A stretch of 64,000 bases of DNA, taken from the IMG/VR virus record IMGVR_UViG_3300032030_000041, positions 31,087 to 95,086 of that record; one strand, written 5' to 3'. Of this stretch, positions 23,459 through 33,900 are shown piece after piece. The DNA is from a virus. Taxonomy: Duplodnaviria > Caudoviricetes. The position numbers were made by a program, and so were the translations under genes. Within the stretch, counting starts at the first letter, position 1; each line of letters begins with the position of its first letter. The notes beneath the pieces are model-generated. The model searched no databases and was not told the origin of the DNA. It saw only the letters and a program-made list of their open reading frames with translations.

Positions 23459-24252
23459 TATACTCCGGTACTCCCGAAGCCGCCTTCGCCGCGATCGGAA
23501 TCCTCTAGATTTTCAACTATATTGGCCTTAAAACGGTAAGAAGGCATAATTAACATCTGGGCAATTCTGTCACCCTTATGAATGTACAAATTATCTTCAG
23601 ATGTATTATCATATAGAACGCCAAGTTCTCCACGATATCCGCTATCAATAAGTCCTACACTATTACTGAGTCTGAATGGTGTCTTTGCTCCAATGCTTGA
23701 GCGCGGTAGAATCATCGCTAGCCATCCTTCTGGTAGTTGAATATGTACACCAGTACGAATCTTATTACCATATGTATGAGCATTTAGATCAGTGTCTTCT
23801 AATGCATATAGGTCTGCGGCGGCATCGCTATCATGTGCATATGTGGGGACTTGGGCGCCATCATCTAACTGAATAGGTAATTCAATCGCATAAGAATGAT
23901 ATTTATCAAAAGCTGTATCAAAAATATTGAAAATCTTTTCAACAACGATATCTACTACTTTACGCTTATTTCCGGTGAAAATTTTATCGCCATATACAAT
24001 AGTATTTACAAACTCTTTGAGCGCGCCAGCAGAATCATTAGCTTCAGCCTTAGTTGTTCCTTGATTCTCTAGATTTTGTATAATCTGATTAACTGCTTGA
24101 TTTACTTTCTCTTGAGAAAGTGAGTCATTAATTCCTTTAATAATTGAATTGGTAGTTTCATCTGTAAAAATAGCATCATCCATTTCTGTGAGTGAATGAA
24201 TAGAATCTACAAATGATTTAATACCTGGATCCATTAATAATTCATCGTTCAT
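23458..24252 (-). CDS. dut: Trimeric dUTPase with ~120-aa N-terminal extension
   Basis: Motifs AAADL, PRSSIG, GLIDSGYRGE, GDRIAQ, RGEGGFGSTG. Confidence 0.92.
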   Translation of the reverse strand: MNDELLMDPGIKSFVDSIHSLTEMDDAIFTDETTNSIIKGINDSLSQEKVNQAVNQIIQNLENQGTTKAEANDSAGALKEFVNTIVYGDKIFTGNKRKVVDIVVEKIFNIFDTAFDKYHSYAIELPIQLDDGAQVPTYAHDSDAAADLYALEDTDLNAHTYGNKIRTGVHIQLPEGWLAMILPRSSIGAKTPFRLSNSVGLIDSGYRGELGVLYDNTSEDNLYIHKGDRIAQMLIMPSYRFKANIVENLEDSDRGEGGFGSTGV

Positions 24253-24263
24253 TTATATCCTCC

Positions 24264-24473
24264 TTAGTCGCCAAAGGTTTTTTCAGTAAGAACAATAAAC
24301 CATTGATCGACTATTTCTCCTTTAGACTTTTTTGTTTTAAGCGTATAGCTAGACTTAGTGAGGGTATACCCGCCAGAAATCTGCTGATCTTTAGCATCCT
24401 CAATCATACCCATAGCTTCTTCTTCGGTATCAACCCTATAAGTGTCAGTTGTCTTCAGTTTCAGCATCGCCAT
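24264..24473 (-). CDS. Hypothetical phage protein
   Basis: MAMLKLKTTDTYRVDTEEEA...KKSKGEIVDQWF; compact ORF in the operon. Confidence 0.6.
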   Translation of the reverse strand: MAMLKLKTTDTYRVDTEEEAMGMIEDAKDQQISGGYTLTKSSYTLKTKKSKGEIVDQWFIVLTEKTFGD

Positions 24474-24795
24474 CTTCTTCAATCTCCTTTGCTTTCTTTT
24501 CATTTAGTACTCTTAGTTTCTGAATTAAATCTATGTAATTAAGCTTTGCGGCAGTCTCATTAATCTCGTCAATCTGAGATTTTTGCGCCGTTTGTGCTTT
24601 CTTACCTTTATTCTTTTTAGCTAATGCACGTCTTTGCGCGCGATTTAGCTTGACGCCGCCATTGATTTTTTGTACTGTGAAATCAGTAATCTTCTTCATG
24701 ATTTCTTCTTCAGTATCTGCGCCAACGAGCTTTTCTGCTTTTGCATAATCCATCTTTTGGATTTCTGCAAAGCGTTTAATTAGATCATTTTCCAT
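24445..24795 (-). CDS. Hypothetical protein
   Basis: 116-aa ORF with RBS AGAGGT and an NRAQRR motif. Confidence 0.6.
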   Translation of the reverse strand: MENDLIKRFAEIQKMDYAKAEKLVGADTEEEIMKKITDFTVQKINGGVKLNRAQRRALAKKNKGKKAQTAQKSQIDEINETAAKLNYIDLIQKLRVLNEKKAKEIEEDGDAETEDN

Positions 24796-25280
24796 TATAA
24801 ATCTACCTCTTTTAATTTAACAGGCTCTTTTGGTGGCGTTGTTTCATGTTCATTCCAAAGAGTAATGTACCAATGAGTTGGATCGCCCTCACACTGTAAT
24901 TTATGCTCAATTCTAAAATGATTAAAGTTAATTTCAGGCTCAATGAAGGCTTCATCTTTTCCAGTCTTAGCACTACGCCAGAAATTATCGGCTTGGATAG
25001 TCCATTTTGACCAATGATATAGAGTAAGTAGTTCATAAACTTTTGGCGATAAGACTGGCATTTCCAATATCACTTTCCATCCGGTACTAGAATCATACTC
25101 TTCATAATATTGAGTAAGCTGATCAAAATAAATTTCACACTTTTCTTTACTGTCCCACAATCTATCATAAGCGGTTAATAGTATATTTGGAACTTCTTTC
25201 TTTCCATACCAATTTTCACGCAAATATTTCTAAATAGGATGCTCATCGTTTTCTATATCAAGTCTTTTAAAATATTTCAT
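24795..25280 (-). CDS. Hypothetical protein, 161 aa (single TAG at codon 17)
   Basis: RBS GGGAGGA then ATG at 25280, directly after the upstream TAA; in frame with ORF-track 24795..25223. Confidence 0.7.
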
Positions 25281-26315
25281 TTATCCTCCCGCATTTCGGT
25301 TATATCCGAATGTCTAAGTATCAAAAAATTCAATATAATATTTTTCAAGCTCAGAAAGCTTATCTTTATCACAATAAGTAATTATTTCAATTGACCAGTT
25401 CCAGAAACCAGTTTTCAATATTTCATGGTGTACTGCTTGATCTGCAATACTTTTAATGCCAATTGATGATTTGAAATGATCCGCAATTCGTTTCTTTACG
25501 TCAGTACTTTTCCCAATATAAGCCTTCCCGCTATCTAAATTAGTTAACTTATAAATACCGGGTTCTGCCTTGACTTCAATTCTCTTAAAAGTATCATCCA
25601 AATAAGGTTTTACATACTCTGCCCAAACTAGCTTTGATATAATGTCTGGATGCTGGACTTTCGCGGCAACAGTTGTAAGTAAGAATTCAATATCTTCACG
25701 ATACTCTTCTGGAAGCTATATCGTATAGAACAACTTAGCCTATTTATCTTTCTCATATTGTAGAAGTGGCTCTCTAGCACTTAAGAAGCGTTCTCGCTGC
25801 TGTTCTTCAAGAAGCTAGTATTCTTTTACTTTTCCCTATGCTTCTTCAATTTGCTCGGCCATCCATTTCTTCGCATCTTCAGCCTACTTATCGCATTCTT
25901 TTAAAGTCTTATCTAATTCAGCCTTCAGAACCGATTTCTTCTCATTAAATGTTTCATCCAATGATTCCTGGCGGCGTTGCCGCTATTCATCCATTAACTA
26001 ATCAATTTCCTACATACGTTCATTAACTAGATTATGATATTCGGCGCGCGCATCAGTTAAACTAGTTTGCGCGCTATCCAACTAATTTCGTATGTCTGTT
26101 AATTTCTAATATTCTGTATTATACTTAATTGTGGTATCAAGTAACTTACTCTCATAGGCACTGAGTGCTTTCTTTTGGAAGCTAACCTAATCTTTTGCTT
26201 CTTCAAGTTGCCGATTATATTCATTAAGTAAACCTTGATCAACTTGACGCTTCTGATAAAGTAAATACCCCAGAACTCCAATAATAATTAAGCAAACAAT
26301 CAGTATAGCAATCAT
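25281..26315 (-). CDS. Membrane-anchored coiled-coil protein with C-terminal GIY-YIG nuclease, 344 aa, many TAG
   Basis: N-terminal MIAILIVCLIIIGVLGYLLY transmembrane helix, a long charged helical region, then GIYKLTN...AYIGKS...KRIADH...EKYYIEFFDT(Q)TFGYN; the conserved GYN lies beyond a TAG. Confidence 0.8.
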
Positions 26316-26342
26316 ACCATCACCTTTTTCTCTTGATACTTA

Positions 26343-26371
26343 ATTATATCAGAATTCTGGGGAAATGTCAA
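26343..26371 (-). promoter_or_regulatory. Sigma70/sigmaA-type promoter
   Basis: TTGACA-17 nt-TATAAT with extended -10 TG. Confidence 0.85.
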
Positions 26372-26919
26372 ATATTTGGTTCTATAAGATTACTAAAAAT
26401 AACTCCACCAAATATATTACCAATAATTGTACCCAATAATGGAAATCCAATAGTACCAGCTGCAATCATATAATAAGCATCAGCAATGCAGTGGTTAAAA
26501 CCGCCAAGAATAAAACCCATCACACACGGAAAGCACATCCATAGTGGAGACTTTTCATATGTAGCAATTGACATTAGCATACCACATCCAATTCCCTTTA
26601 TCGCGGCTTCCCATATGGGTTGTGACATTTTAGTCGTGGCAATAGCTGCAGAAGCACTATTATGTGCGAGAAGTGCCATCAATGATACTCCTACTATATT
26701 TCCAAGCAAAACTATCAAATAAAAATACCAAGGATATTGCTTAGTTACCATAAATTGGATTTTGCCAGTAAATAGGTTTAGCTTATATATTCGAACTGTA
26801 AGTAATCCACATGAAAATAGAAAAGCGCCAACTATTGCGTTAGGAGCTGCTAGATACATCCAGCAGCCTAATGCAATTGCCATTCCGGCAAATATTGACT
26901 TATATATGTCCTTCTTCAT
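26368..26919 (-). CDS. Formate/nitrite transporter (FNT, FocA-like) family channel
   Basis: SIFAGMAIALG, LNLFTG, LLGNIVG, GIGCGMLM, GFNHCIAD, IIGNIFGG; about six hydrophobic helices. Confidence 0.85.
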   Translation of the reverse strand: MKKDIYKSIFAGMAIALGCWMYLAAPNAIVGAFLFSCGLLTVRIYKLNLFTGKIQFMVTKQYPWYFYLIVLLGNIVGVSLMALLAHNSASAAIATTKMSQPIWEAAIKGIGCGMLMSIATYEKSPLWMCFPCVMGFILGGFNHCIADAYYMIAAGTIGFPLLGTIIGNIFGGVIFSNLIEPNI

Positions 26920-27400
26920 AATATTTCTCCATATTAATTATTCGTTGGTTTGAAGAACCACGTAACGGCAATGTCGTATCTCTTTTATCCTGCTCATAAC
27001 GACCATCTATTAAGCAGGTAATATTATGTAAAATATGATCTAAAGTACGATTATCGCGCTTCTCTAATTCTTCCATTGTATAACCTGTCCATAAATAAAT
27101 TTTTAAATCTGGATAATCTAGCTTACACCAACCAATTAAATCCATCACATCTTCTAAGTTTTCATCGGCTAGTGGCTCGCCGCCAAGAATGCTAAGAGAG
27201 CGCATTACTCCATTCTTATTAAGCTTCTGCATAATCTCTTGGCGTATATCTAATCCATATTCCTCGCCATAATTAAAATCTTGTGCTTCGGGATTGTGAC
27301 ATCCGGGGCAATGGAAATGACATCCCGAAAAATACACAGAGAGGGAGATACCTGGCGCTGCCGCGGTATCATCCCAATAGATTCCTGCAATCTTACTCAT
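26900..27400 (-). CDS. nrdG: Anaerobic ribonucleotide reductase activating protein (radical SAM)
   Basis: SGCHFHCPGCHN CxxxCxxC motif, LGGEP, DGRY, RGSSNQR. Confidence 0.95.
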   Translation of the reverse strand: MSKIAGIYWDDTAAAPGISLSVYFSGCHFHCPGCHNPEAQDFNYGEEYGLDIRQEIMQKLNKNGVMRSLSILGGEPLADENLEDVMDLIGWCKLDYPDLKIYLWTGYTMEELEKRDNRTLDHILHNITCLIDGRYEQDKRDTTLPLRGSSNQRIINMEKYYEEGHI

Positions 27401-29691
27401 TAGTGTATATGCTTGACTCTTGCTTCAACTTCTTTCTGTTTGCCCCAGTTGAAAGCATCTTTATATGAGCCTGTTAAATAGCCAGTTACTCTACGAAGTC
27501 TTGAAATGTTCTTACTGCCGCACTCAGGACAGCTTTCACCAATTTCATCCTGATAGCCACAATCATTACACATATCTAGCGGCACGTTCAAAGCGAAATA
27601 CGGTATATCATGGTCCATAGCATAATTTACTATAGTTTCAAGCGCAGGAATGTTATTCTTTACACCAGAAGGAACTTCTACATATGTAATACATCCAGCA
27701 CTAGAATATCCAGTTAGCTGGCTCTCAATATCAATTTTATCAAATACAGAAATATCATGCCATACTGGTACATGGATACTATTAGTAAAGTATTCATGAT
27801 CAGATACATTTTCAATTTCGCCGTACTTAGCTTTAAACTTCTTCATTGCTGTGTAACAAAGATTTTCAGCAGGAGTGTAATATACTCCAAAATTAAGATG
27901 GTATTCTTTCTTAAACTCCGCACATCTATCTTTAAATAGTTGTTCGATCCTCTTAGCTAGCTCCATTCCTTTTTCTGTAGTATGGTCGCAACCAATTAAG
28001 ATTTGAAGCGTTTCCGCAAGTCCCAGCTGCCCAATAACAATAGTGCCATGTTTCAATGCTGAGCGGATACCTTCTTCTGGATGATAACCTAGCATTGTGT
28101 TATTTTCATACATGAACTTGGCGGATGCGGGAGACTGCTTACAAATCCATTCAAAGCGTTCAAGGAGCATATCTTTAGCTTCATGGATTTTTCTATTTAA
28201 AATCATCATAAAAGTTTCTACATCATCATAATCTTCTCTTGTCCAATTAGCAGGATGCTGGAAGTCATTAAAATGATGATCATTAATTGCTTTTGCTTCC
28301 ATTGCTAATGTTGGCATAATAATTGTAACGGGACAAATATTACCGCGGCCATCTTTACGTTGTGGATTTACGCCTGGCTCTGCATTTATGTCTGCGCCAT
28401 TCGCTGTACGGCATCCCATTGTGCTGAAATACGTTGTTGGATCATTTGGATCGTATCCTGCATTTCCAGACCAGTCAATATTAGCATAGTTGGGATAAAT
28501 ACGTTTAGCAGTAGATTCAAGCGCGAGTTGATATAAGTCATAGTTTGGATCGCCAGGTGCGCGATTAATGCCCTTTCCAAGTTGGAAAATACCACATGGG
28601 AATATAGGCGTTTTATGATATTTACCTACACCTTTTATCGAGCCTTCCAGCAATGCCTTAATTACCATACGGCCTTCGGGTAATGTACAAGTACCATAGT
28701 TAATTGATGTGAAAGGCAATTGATTTCCGCTGCGAGATTGAAGCGTGTTAAGGTTGTGATACATTCCCTCGACTGCTTGCTGAAGTTCGCGTTCTGTCAT
28801 ATCCATTGCATAATTATAGCATTTTTCACCATATGATTTAGCATCAGGCGAATCAATTTCTGGAATCCCATATTTAGGATTATATAATTTTACATCATAG
28901 TTATCTTTTCCAATCGTACCTTCTATATACATTAAGCCATCACGCATATGCTTCCAGAAACTTTTTCTCACATAAGGAACCATAGTCCAATCCAAATGAG
29001 TCGCACTAACGCCGCCAAACTGCATTAGAGATTGAAGCTGGAATATAACTGCCACTAGTTGAAAAGCAGTATTGATGGAATTAGCTGGGCGTACATCCGT
29101 TTGTCTAGTGTTAAAACCCTTTGCTAACAAATCATCAAATGGAATACTTAAACAATTATGCATACCTACCGCATAAGCACTTAAATCATGAATATAAATC
29201 TCATTATTCAAGTGATTATTTCGTGCCATATCAGACATGCAGAAATCAAGTGCATATTGCTTCATCATTTCATCAGAAGCTTCACCAACGCGGCCGCCAA
29301 ATGAATGTTCATCTATATTAGCATTTTGATTCTGTACATTAGAAGCTCTTAATTTTTCACTAATCGCGCGAATAAATTCAGTAGAGTTTGCGCGCATAAT
29401 ACCATGCTTATAACGATACTTAATATAAGCTTTGCCGACTTTTAAGTCATAGTCAGTTAGATAATCTTCAACTAAATCTTGAATGTCTTCTACGCCCATT
29501 AGGTCATTTGACTCTACAACCATTTGTTGTGCAATTGTTTCAACCAAATTAGCAATCTCGGTTGCATATTGTGGATAACCGGTTTCTTTAGGATATACCT
29601 CATGCCACGCCTTTGTAATGGCTGTTTCAATTTTTTCCTTATCGAATAATGCAAGTTCTCCAGTTCGTTTACGAATTTGTAAATCCATCAT
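27400..29691 (-). CDS. nrdD: Class III anaerobic ribonucleoside-triphosphate reductase
   Basis: N-terminal ATP cone (IRKRTG...FDKEKI), IYIHDL, TMGCRT finger loop, TPAENLC, Zn site CNDC...CPEC, glycyl radical motif RRVTGYL. Confidence 0.97.
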   Translation of the reverse strand: MMDLQIRKRTGELALFDKEKIETAITKAWHEVYPKETGYPQYATEIANLVETIAQQMVVESNDLMGVEDIQDLVEDYLTDYDLKVGKAYIKYRYKHGIMRANSTEFIRAISEKLRASNVQNQNANIDEHSFGGRVGEASDEMMKQYALDFCMSDMARNNHLNNEIYIHDLSAYAVGMHNCLSIPFDDLLAKGFNTRQTDVRPANSINTAFQLVAVIFQLQSLMQFGGVSATHLDWTMVPYVRKSFWKHMRDGLMYIEGTIGKDNYDVKLYNPKYGIPEIDSPDAKSYGEKCYNYAMDMTERELQQAVEGMYHNLNTLQSRSGNQLPFTSINYGTCTLPEGRMVIKALLEGSIKGVGKYHKTPIFPCGIFQLGKGINRAPGDPNYDLYQLALESTAKRIYPNYANIDWSGNAGYDPNDPTTYFSTMGCRTANGADINAEPGVNPQRKDGRGNICPVTIIMPTLAMEAKAINDHHFNDFQHPANWTREDYDDVETFMMILNRKIHEAKDMLLERFEWICKQSPASAKFMYENNTMLGYHPEEGIRSALKHGTIVIGQLGLAETLQILIGCDHTTEKGMELAKRIEQLFKDRCAEFKKEYHLNFGVYYTPAENLCYTAMKKFKAKYGEIENVSDHEYFTNSIHVPVWHDISVFDKIDIESQLTGYSSAGCITYVEVPSGVKNNIPALETIVNYAMDHDIPYFALNVPLDMCNDCGYQDEIGESCPECGSKNISRLRRVTGYLTGSYKDAFNWGKQKEVEARVKHIH

Positions 29692-29693
29692 TC

Positions 29694-29900
29694 TCACTTC
29701 CTAAATTTCTTCCCGCAATAGGGGCATTGACCTTGATCTGAAAAATCATAACTACCACTGTTATGAGGACACATATTTTGTAATTCTTTAATTTCATCTC
29801 TAATTACAAACACTCTATCTTTACGTTCCATTGTCGCTAGAGCGCTGCGTAATTCTTCGCTCAACTTTTGATATTGAGCATAAATATCATTTTCATTCAT
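29694..29900 (-). CDS. Small zinc-ribbon protein
   Basis: 68 aa, CPH...CPYCGK. Confidence 0.65.
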   Translation of the reverse strand: MNENDIYAQYQKLSEELRSALATMERKDRVFVIRDEIKELQNMCPHNSGSYDFSDQGQCPYCGKKFRK

Positions 29901-30982
29901 TTAATCCATCTGCCTCCCTTTTGTATTGATGTTAATGTCTGTTTAAATAAATTATCCTGTTGCGGATATTTATCTACTAATATTCTTGCTTGCTCTTTTG
30001 CCGCAAGTTTCTCAGGCACTTTTGTCTTTTTTGGTATCCGTTCATATATCGTTTGTTCTTCTTTTAAGGGGCTTTTAGTCCAGCCTGCTACTAGCTATGA
30101 AAGCTCGCGTAATGGATCATAACATCCAAGTGTTGGTTCTTCATATTTAAGCTTTATTGGAATCTTATTAGCCCAAAATGTATATAGCAAGTTCATTTTA
30201 TATATGAAATTCTTGTAATATTCAGTTTGATATTGATATGAGCCGCCAATAGAAAGAAAAATTTGTGAATTAGGCATAATTAATTCTAAAAACTTATTTT
30301 TATATTCTTTCATCATATATTTAGTCTCATTTAGCGGTACATATATATCTAAGAATACTTCATTACTTTTACTAATAATATCTGTTGTTCTAGCCGCAAT
30401 AAAATCAGATATTTTATGGAGCCGTAATGGATGAATAAAATTAATAGAAGATGGTTTATGCTCGCTAATATCTTCTATTATATCTTGCCATCCGGGCTAG
30501 AAAAAATCACGATCATAAATATAGAAGCGCTTTTGCCGCATAATTGGCGGTATTGGTAATTCCTTTTCTCCAGCAAAACGTCGGTAATAAGAATCTTCGA
30601 GTATATGATCTATATTTATTTCTTTTGCGCCAGCCTAATATTTTTCTTTTAACAATCGCCCATATATATTTGGTTTGGGCAATGTATAATCTATTAGCTC
30701 ATTTTGAAATGGTACATATTTCTTATTAGTAAAAGCTGATCCACCATATATTACATTAGTAGCCTACTTAAAGGCATCTGGTACTGTAATATAATTATCA
30801 TTTTCACTAAAGACATATATTTTATCATATCCAGTAAACTAAACCTCTTCAAGCCCAATAATACGGCAATATATATTTTCTTCATGTTTATAATATTCCG
30901 CGAGCTTCATAATTTCTAAATTAGGAGGCGGAAGAATGAGATCCGTCGCCTGCTGCCAATGTAAGTCTACAAGCCCTATCAT
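29897..30982 (-). CDS. Degenerate radical-SAM/B12-binding-like phage protein, 361 aa, 5 in-frame TAG
   Basis: MIGLVDL...PPPNLEIMKLAEYYK...YDKIYVFSE...IYGGSAF resembles the N-terminal module of phage rSAM-like proteins (IGLxDxD...PNLxLMKxxxYxK...GGTG). ATGA overlaps at both ends. No CxxxCxxC seen. Confidence 0.65.
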
Positions 30983-33900
30983 TCTTCTACCTCCATCCTT
31001 TCAGTCTGGAATGTTAATACTCCATCTGAATCTACATTTGTTATTTTAGATATTACCGGATAAAACGAATCCTTCCGTTTTTTCGGCACAAAGTCTTGTC
31101 CTCTTCGTATGCCTTGTACCATAAGAAGAGTCCCGCGCGAGAACCAGCTCTTTTCTAAAACGTGTTTAACACCATCGCTTCCTTTCTGAGAAAGCTGCTT
31201 ATCATATAAAGCATACTGATTCTTATAAACTTTTACATTTACAACTCCAGTAGGAGTCAATAATGTAACCGTATTTTTCATTTTATTCTTATCAATTACC
31301 GTGCCAATAATTCTCCGCAGGCGGAATACTTTAACTTCATTACCGTCTTTCCCTGTAAAACTATATTCTACTTCTGGCTCTTCAGGCAAACTAAAGAAGT
31401 CATCATAATCATGCGCTGCAGCCGCAAGCTCATGTTCATGGCTATAAAATGAAACAGAATCCATTTCCCAGTGTGAAATATTCCCACTCGCATACTTATT
31501 ATACATTTCTTGATATAATGAATCATTTAGTGCTCTAAGTACGGTATTCTTATTTTCTTTTAAATAAAGTCGCATTGGATCCATAGCCTTTTTATAAATA
31601 TTGTCCCACCGAACCTGCGGTATTTGTGTCCCATTATCTATTAAATCAGCACTAAAGTTATTTCCAATAAAGTTTACTGCGGCATCATTGAGTTCATAAT
31701 TATCACCATTTTTACAAGTCTTGAGAAACTTATTAAACAAGAATAATTTCTGATAGAATCTTAAATCTTCAGGAATCAAATTTTTATTAATAAGCATCTG
31801 CATATTTTGTAAAGTTAAACGCTCTTTATGGTCAGCTACCATTGCAATATAATCTGCCATAATTTCTTCTCGCGGCTTATCTACTAAAGAATCAAATGCT
31901 CCACATTTAATTAAGTTTGACATTTGAATCTTATTGACTTTTATTCGTTCAAGAAAATCTTGTAAAGATGCGAACGGACGCTGCGCAATAATGTCTTTAA
32001 TGATTGAGATTGGAAGTCGAGTAATTCCGCGTAAACCATATAGAATTGCATTATCTTTTACAACTGGTGTAAAAGTAAATGAAGAAGTATTAATATCAGG
32101 CGGCGATACCTTAATTCCATAACTATTGAATTTACCTATCGCTGATGCAACCTTGCCATAATCGACAGATTTGGTTTTTTCCTTTTTCTTATCTTCTTGC
32201 GCGCCTTCAATTACTTCATTTTCTTCTTCCCACTCTTCTAAATCTTCTTCATCTTCATCTTCATCTGGTGCATTATCTACTACAATAGAAGCTTCTCCAT
32301 CTTCATCATATTCAACAGTTTGAGAACCGCCGCTATCTACAATCAAGTTTGCAGTATTCCAGAAAATAATAGGAAAAAATCGTGCTAGATTCATCTCTTG
32401 TAATGCAACTATAGAATAGGCGTATGTATGGCTCGCATTGAAACCATATCCGCGGCTTAATGCAACTTCGACATTCCACACATATGAGCAAAACTTTTCG
32501 CTCAGCTGTTTTTCTTTTACTCGTGCGAAAAATTCAACTGTTAATTGCTCATACTCTTTTGGATTCTTCTTCGCTATACTCTTTCTTAACCTATCAGCCC
32601 ATTGTAGGTCCCAGCCGCCACATTCCGGCAACTGAACCAACTGCATAAACTGTTCTTGTGTGATGGACATTCCGTCTGATATATCTAATTCCCTATGCAG
32701 AAGTGCTCGTTCGTTATCAGTTAATCCATACTGAATCATTTCTTGCTCCCAATCATGCGGATGGAAACGAAATCTTGCATACTTATCCAGCGGGCTTTCT
32801 GCACCTTTTTCAGTCGCCATAAGACGAATTACTGAATTAAGAACTGCAAGTTCGTCAACATTTCTCGGATGAGTTAACGCAATTCCTCTTGTTCCAGATT
32901 GTTGTTCCATTTGAAACAAACTAACGATTTCGTGATTCTGAATCATATTCCACATTTTTTCATCATCACGATTTATTTTGTATACATTCAATACAGACTC
33001 ATAAGTTTCACGCAATGTAGGTTTCTTTTGTACATAACCCTGTTCTACCAATAGGTCTAGACAAGTATGGATTTTGTCAGCGGCTTCAACGCTCAGCAAG
33101 TCCATCTTAATTTCAGAAACATCTTCCAAATCATGCAATTCAAACTGAGTAATAATTGTACCATCAGGCGCACGCATCAAAGCGCTTGATTCTGTGAAAT
33201 CTTCATCTTTAAAAACAACGCCACCTGCATGAATACCAACGCCGCAAATTAATCCTTCAATACGACTCGCAACTTCCCATAATTGAGGATATTTGCTGAT
33301 TTCATTTATAAAAGTCTGATTCGGCTCAATGCCAGCTTCATCATCGCCATAATACATCTGTTTAAGTGTATAGCTTTGACCACGTTCTGCGCTAACAAGA
33401 TTTGCAATATATGATGCTTCATCTACATCAATACCTAATCCTCGTGCTGCTGTTAAGATTGCCGAACGAGATTTTTCAGTTCTAAAAGTTGCTACATTTG
33501 AAACTCGATTTTCACCATATACCTTTCTAAGATATTCCAATACTTGCCCACGGCGAAGTCCTTCAATATCAACGTCGATATCAAGGACGGAAACGCGAGA
33601 AGGATTAAGGAATCTCCAAGGGTACATCTTTGTCTTTTCGCGCAAGCAATTTATCTGTATAATATCCAAAGCATACAGAAGAACAAATCCGCCACCGGAA
33701 CCTCGGGCCGGAAGAACAATGCTACCTGCATTCCAACACTCATCTATAATCTTTTGAAGGTTTAAGAAGTATGCTGACCATTGCGCTTTATTTACTTGAG
33801 AAGATATCCAAGTCATTTCAAGACATTCATTTAATGCGGCATAAGCTTCTTCATTTTGAAGATCTTCATGCTTTTTAACTCCTTCAATTAATGCCCATAC

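Noticed and set aside
26900-27400. NrdG as the maturase for the Cys-repeat domains
   Set aside because: Typical short RNR activase coupled to nrdD, with no SPASM or peptide-recognition domain.
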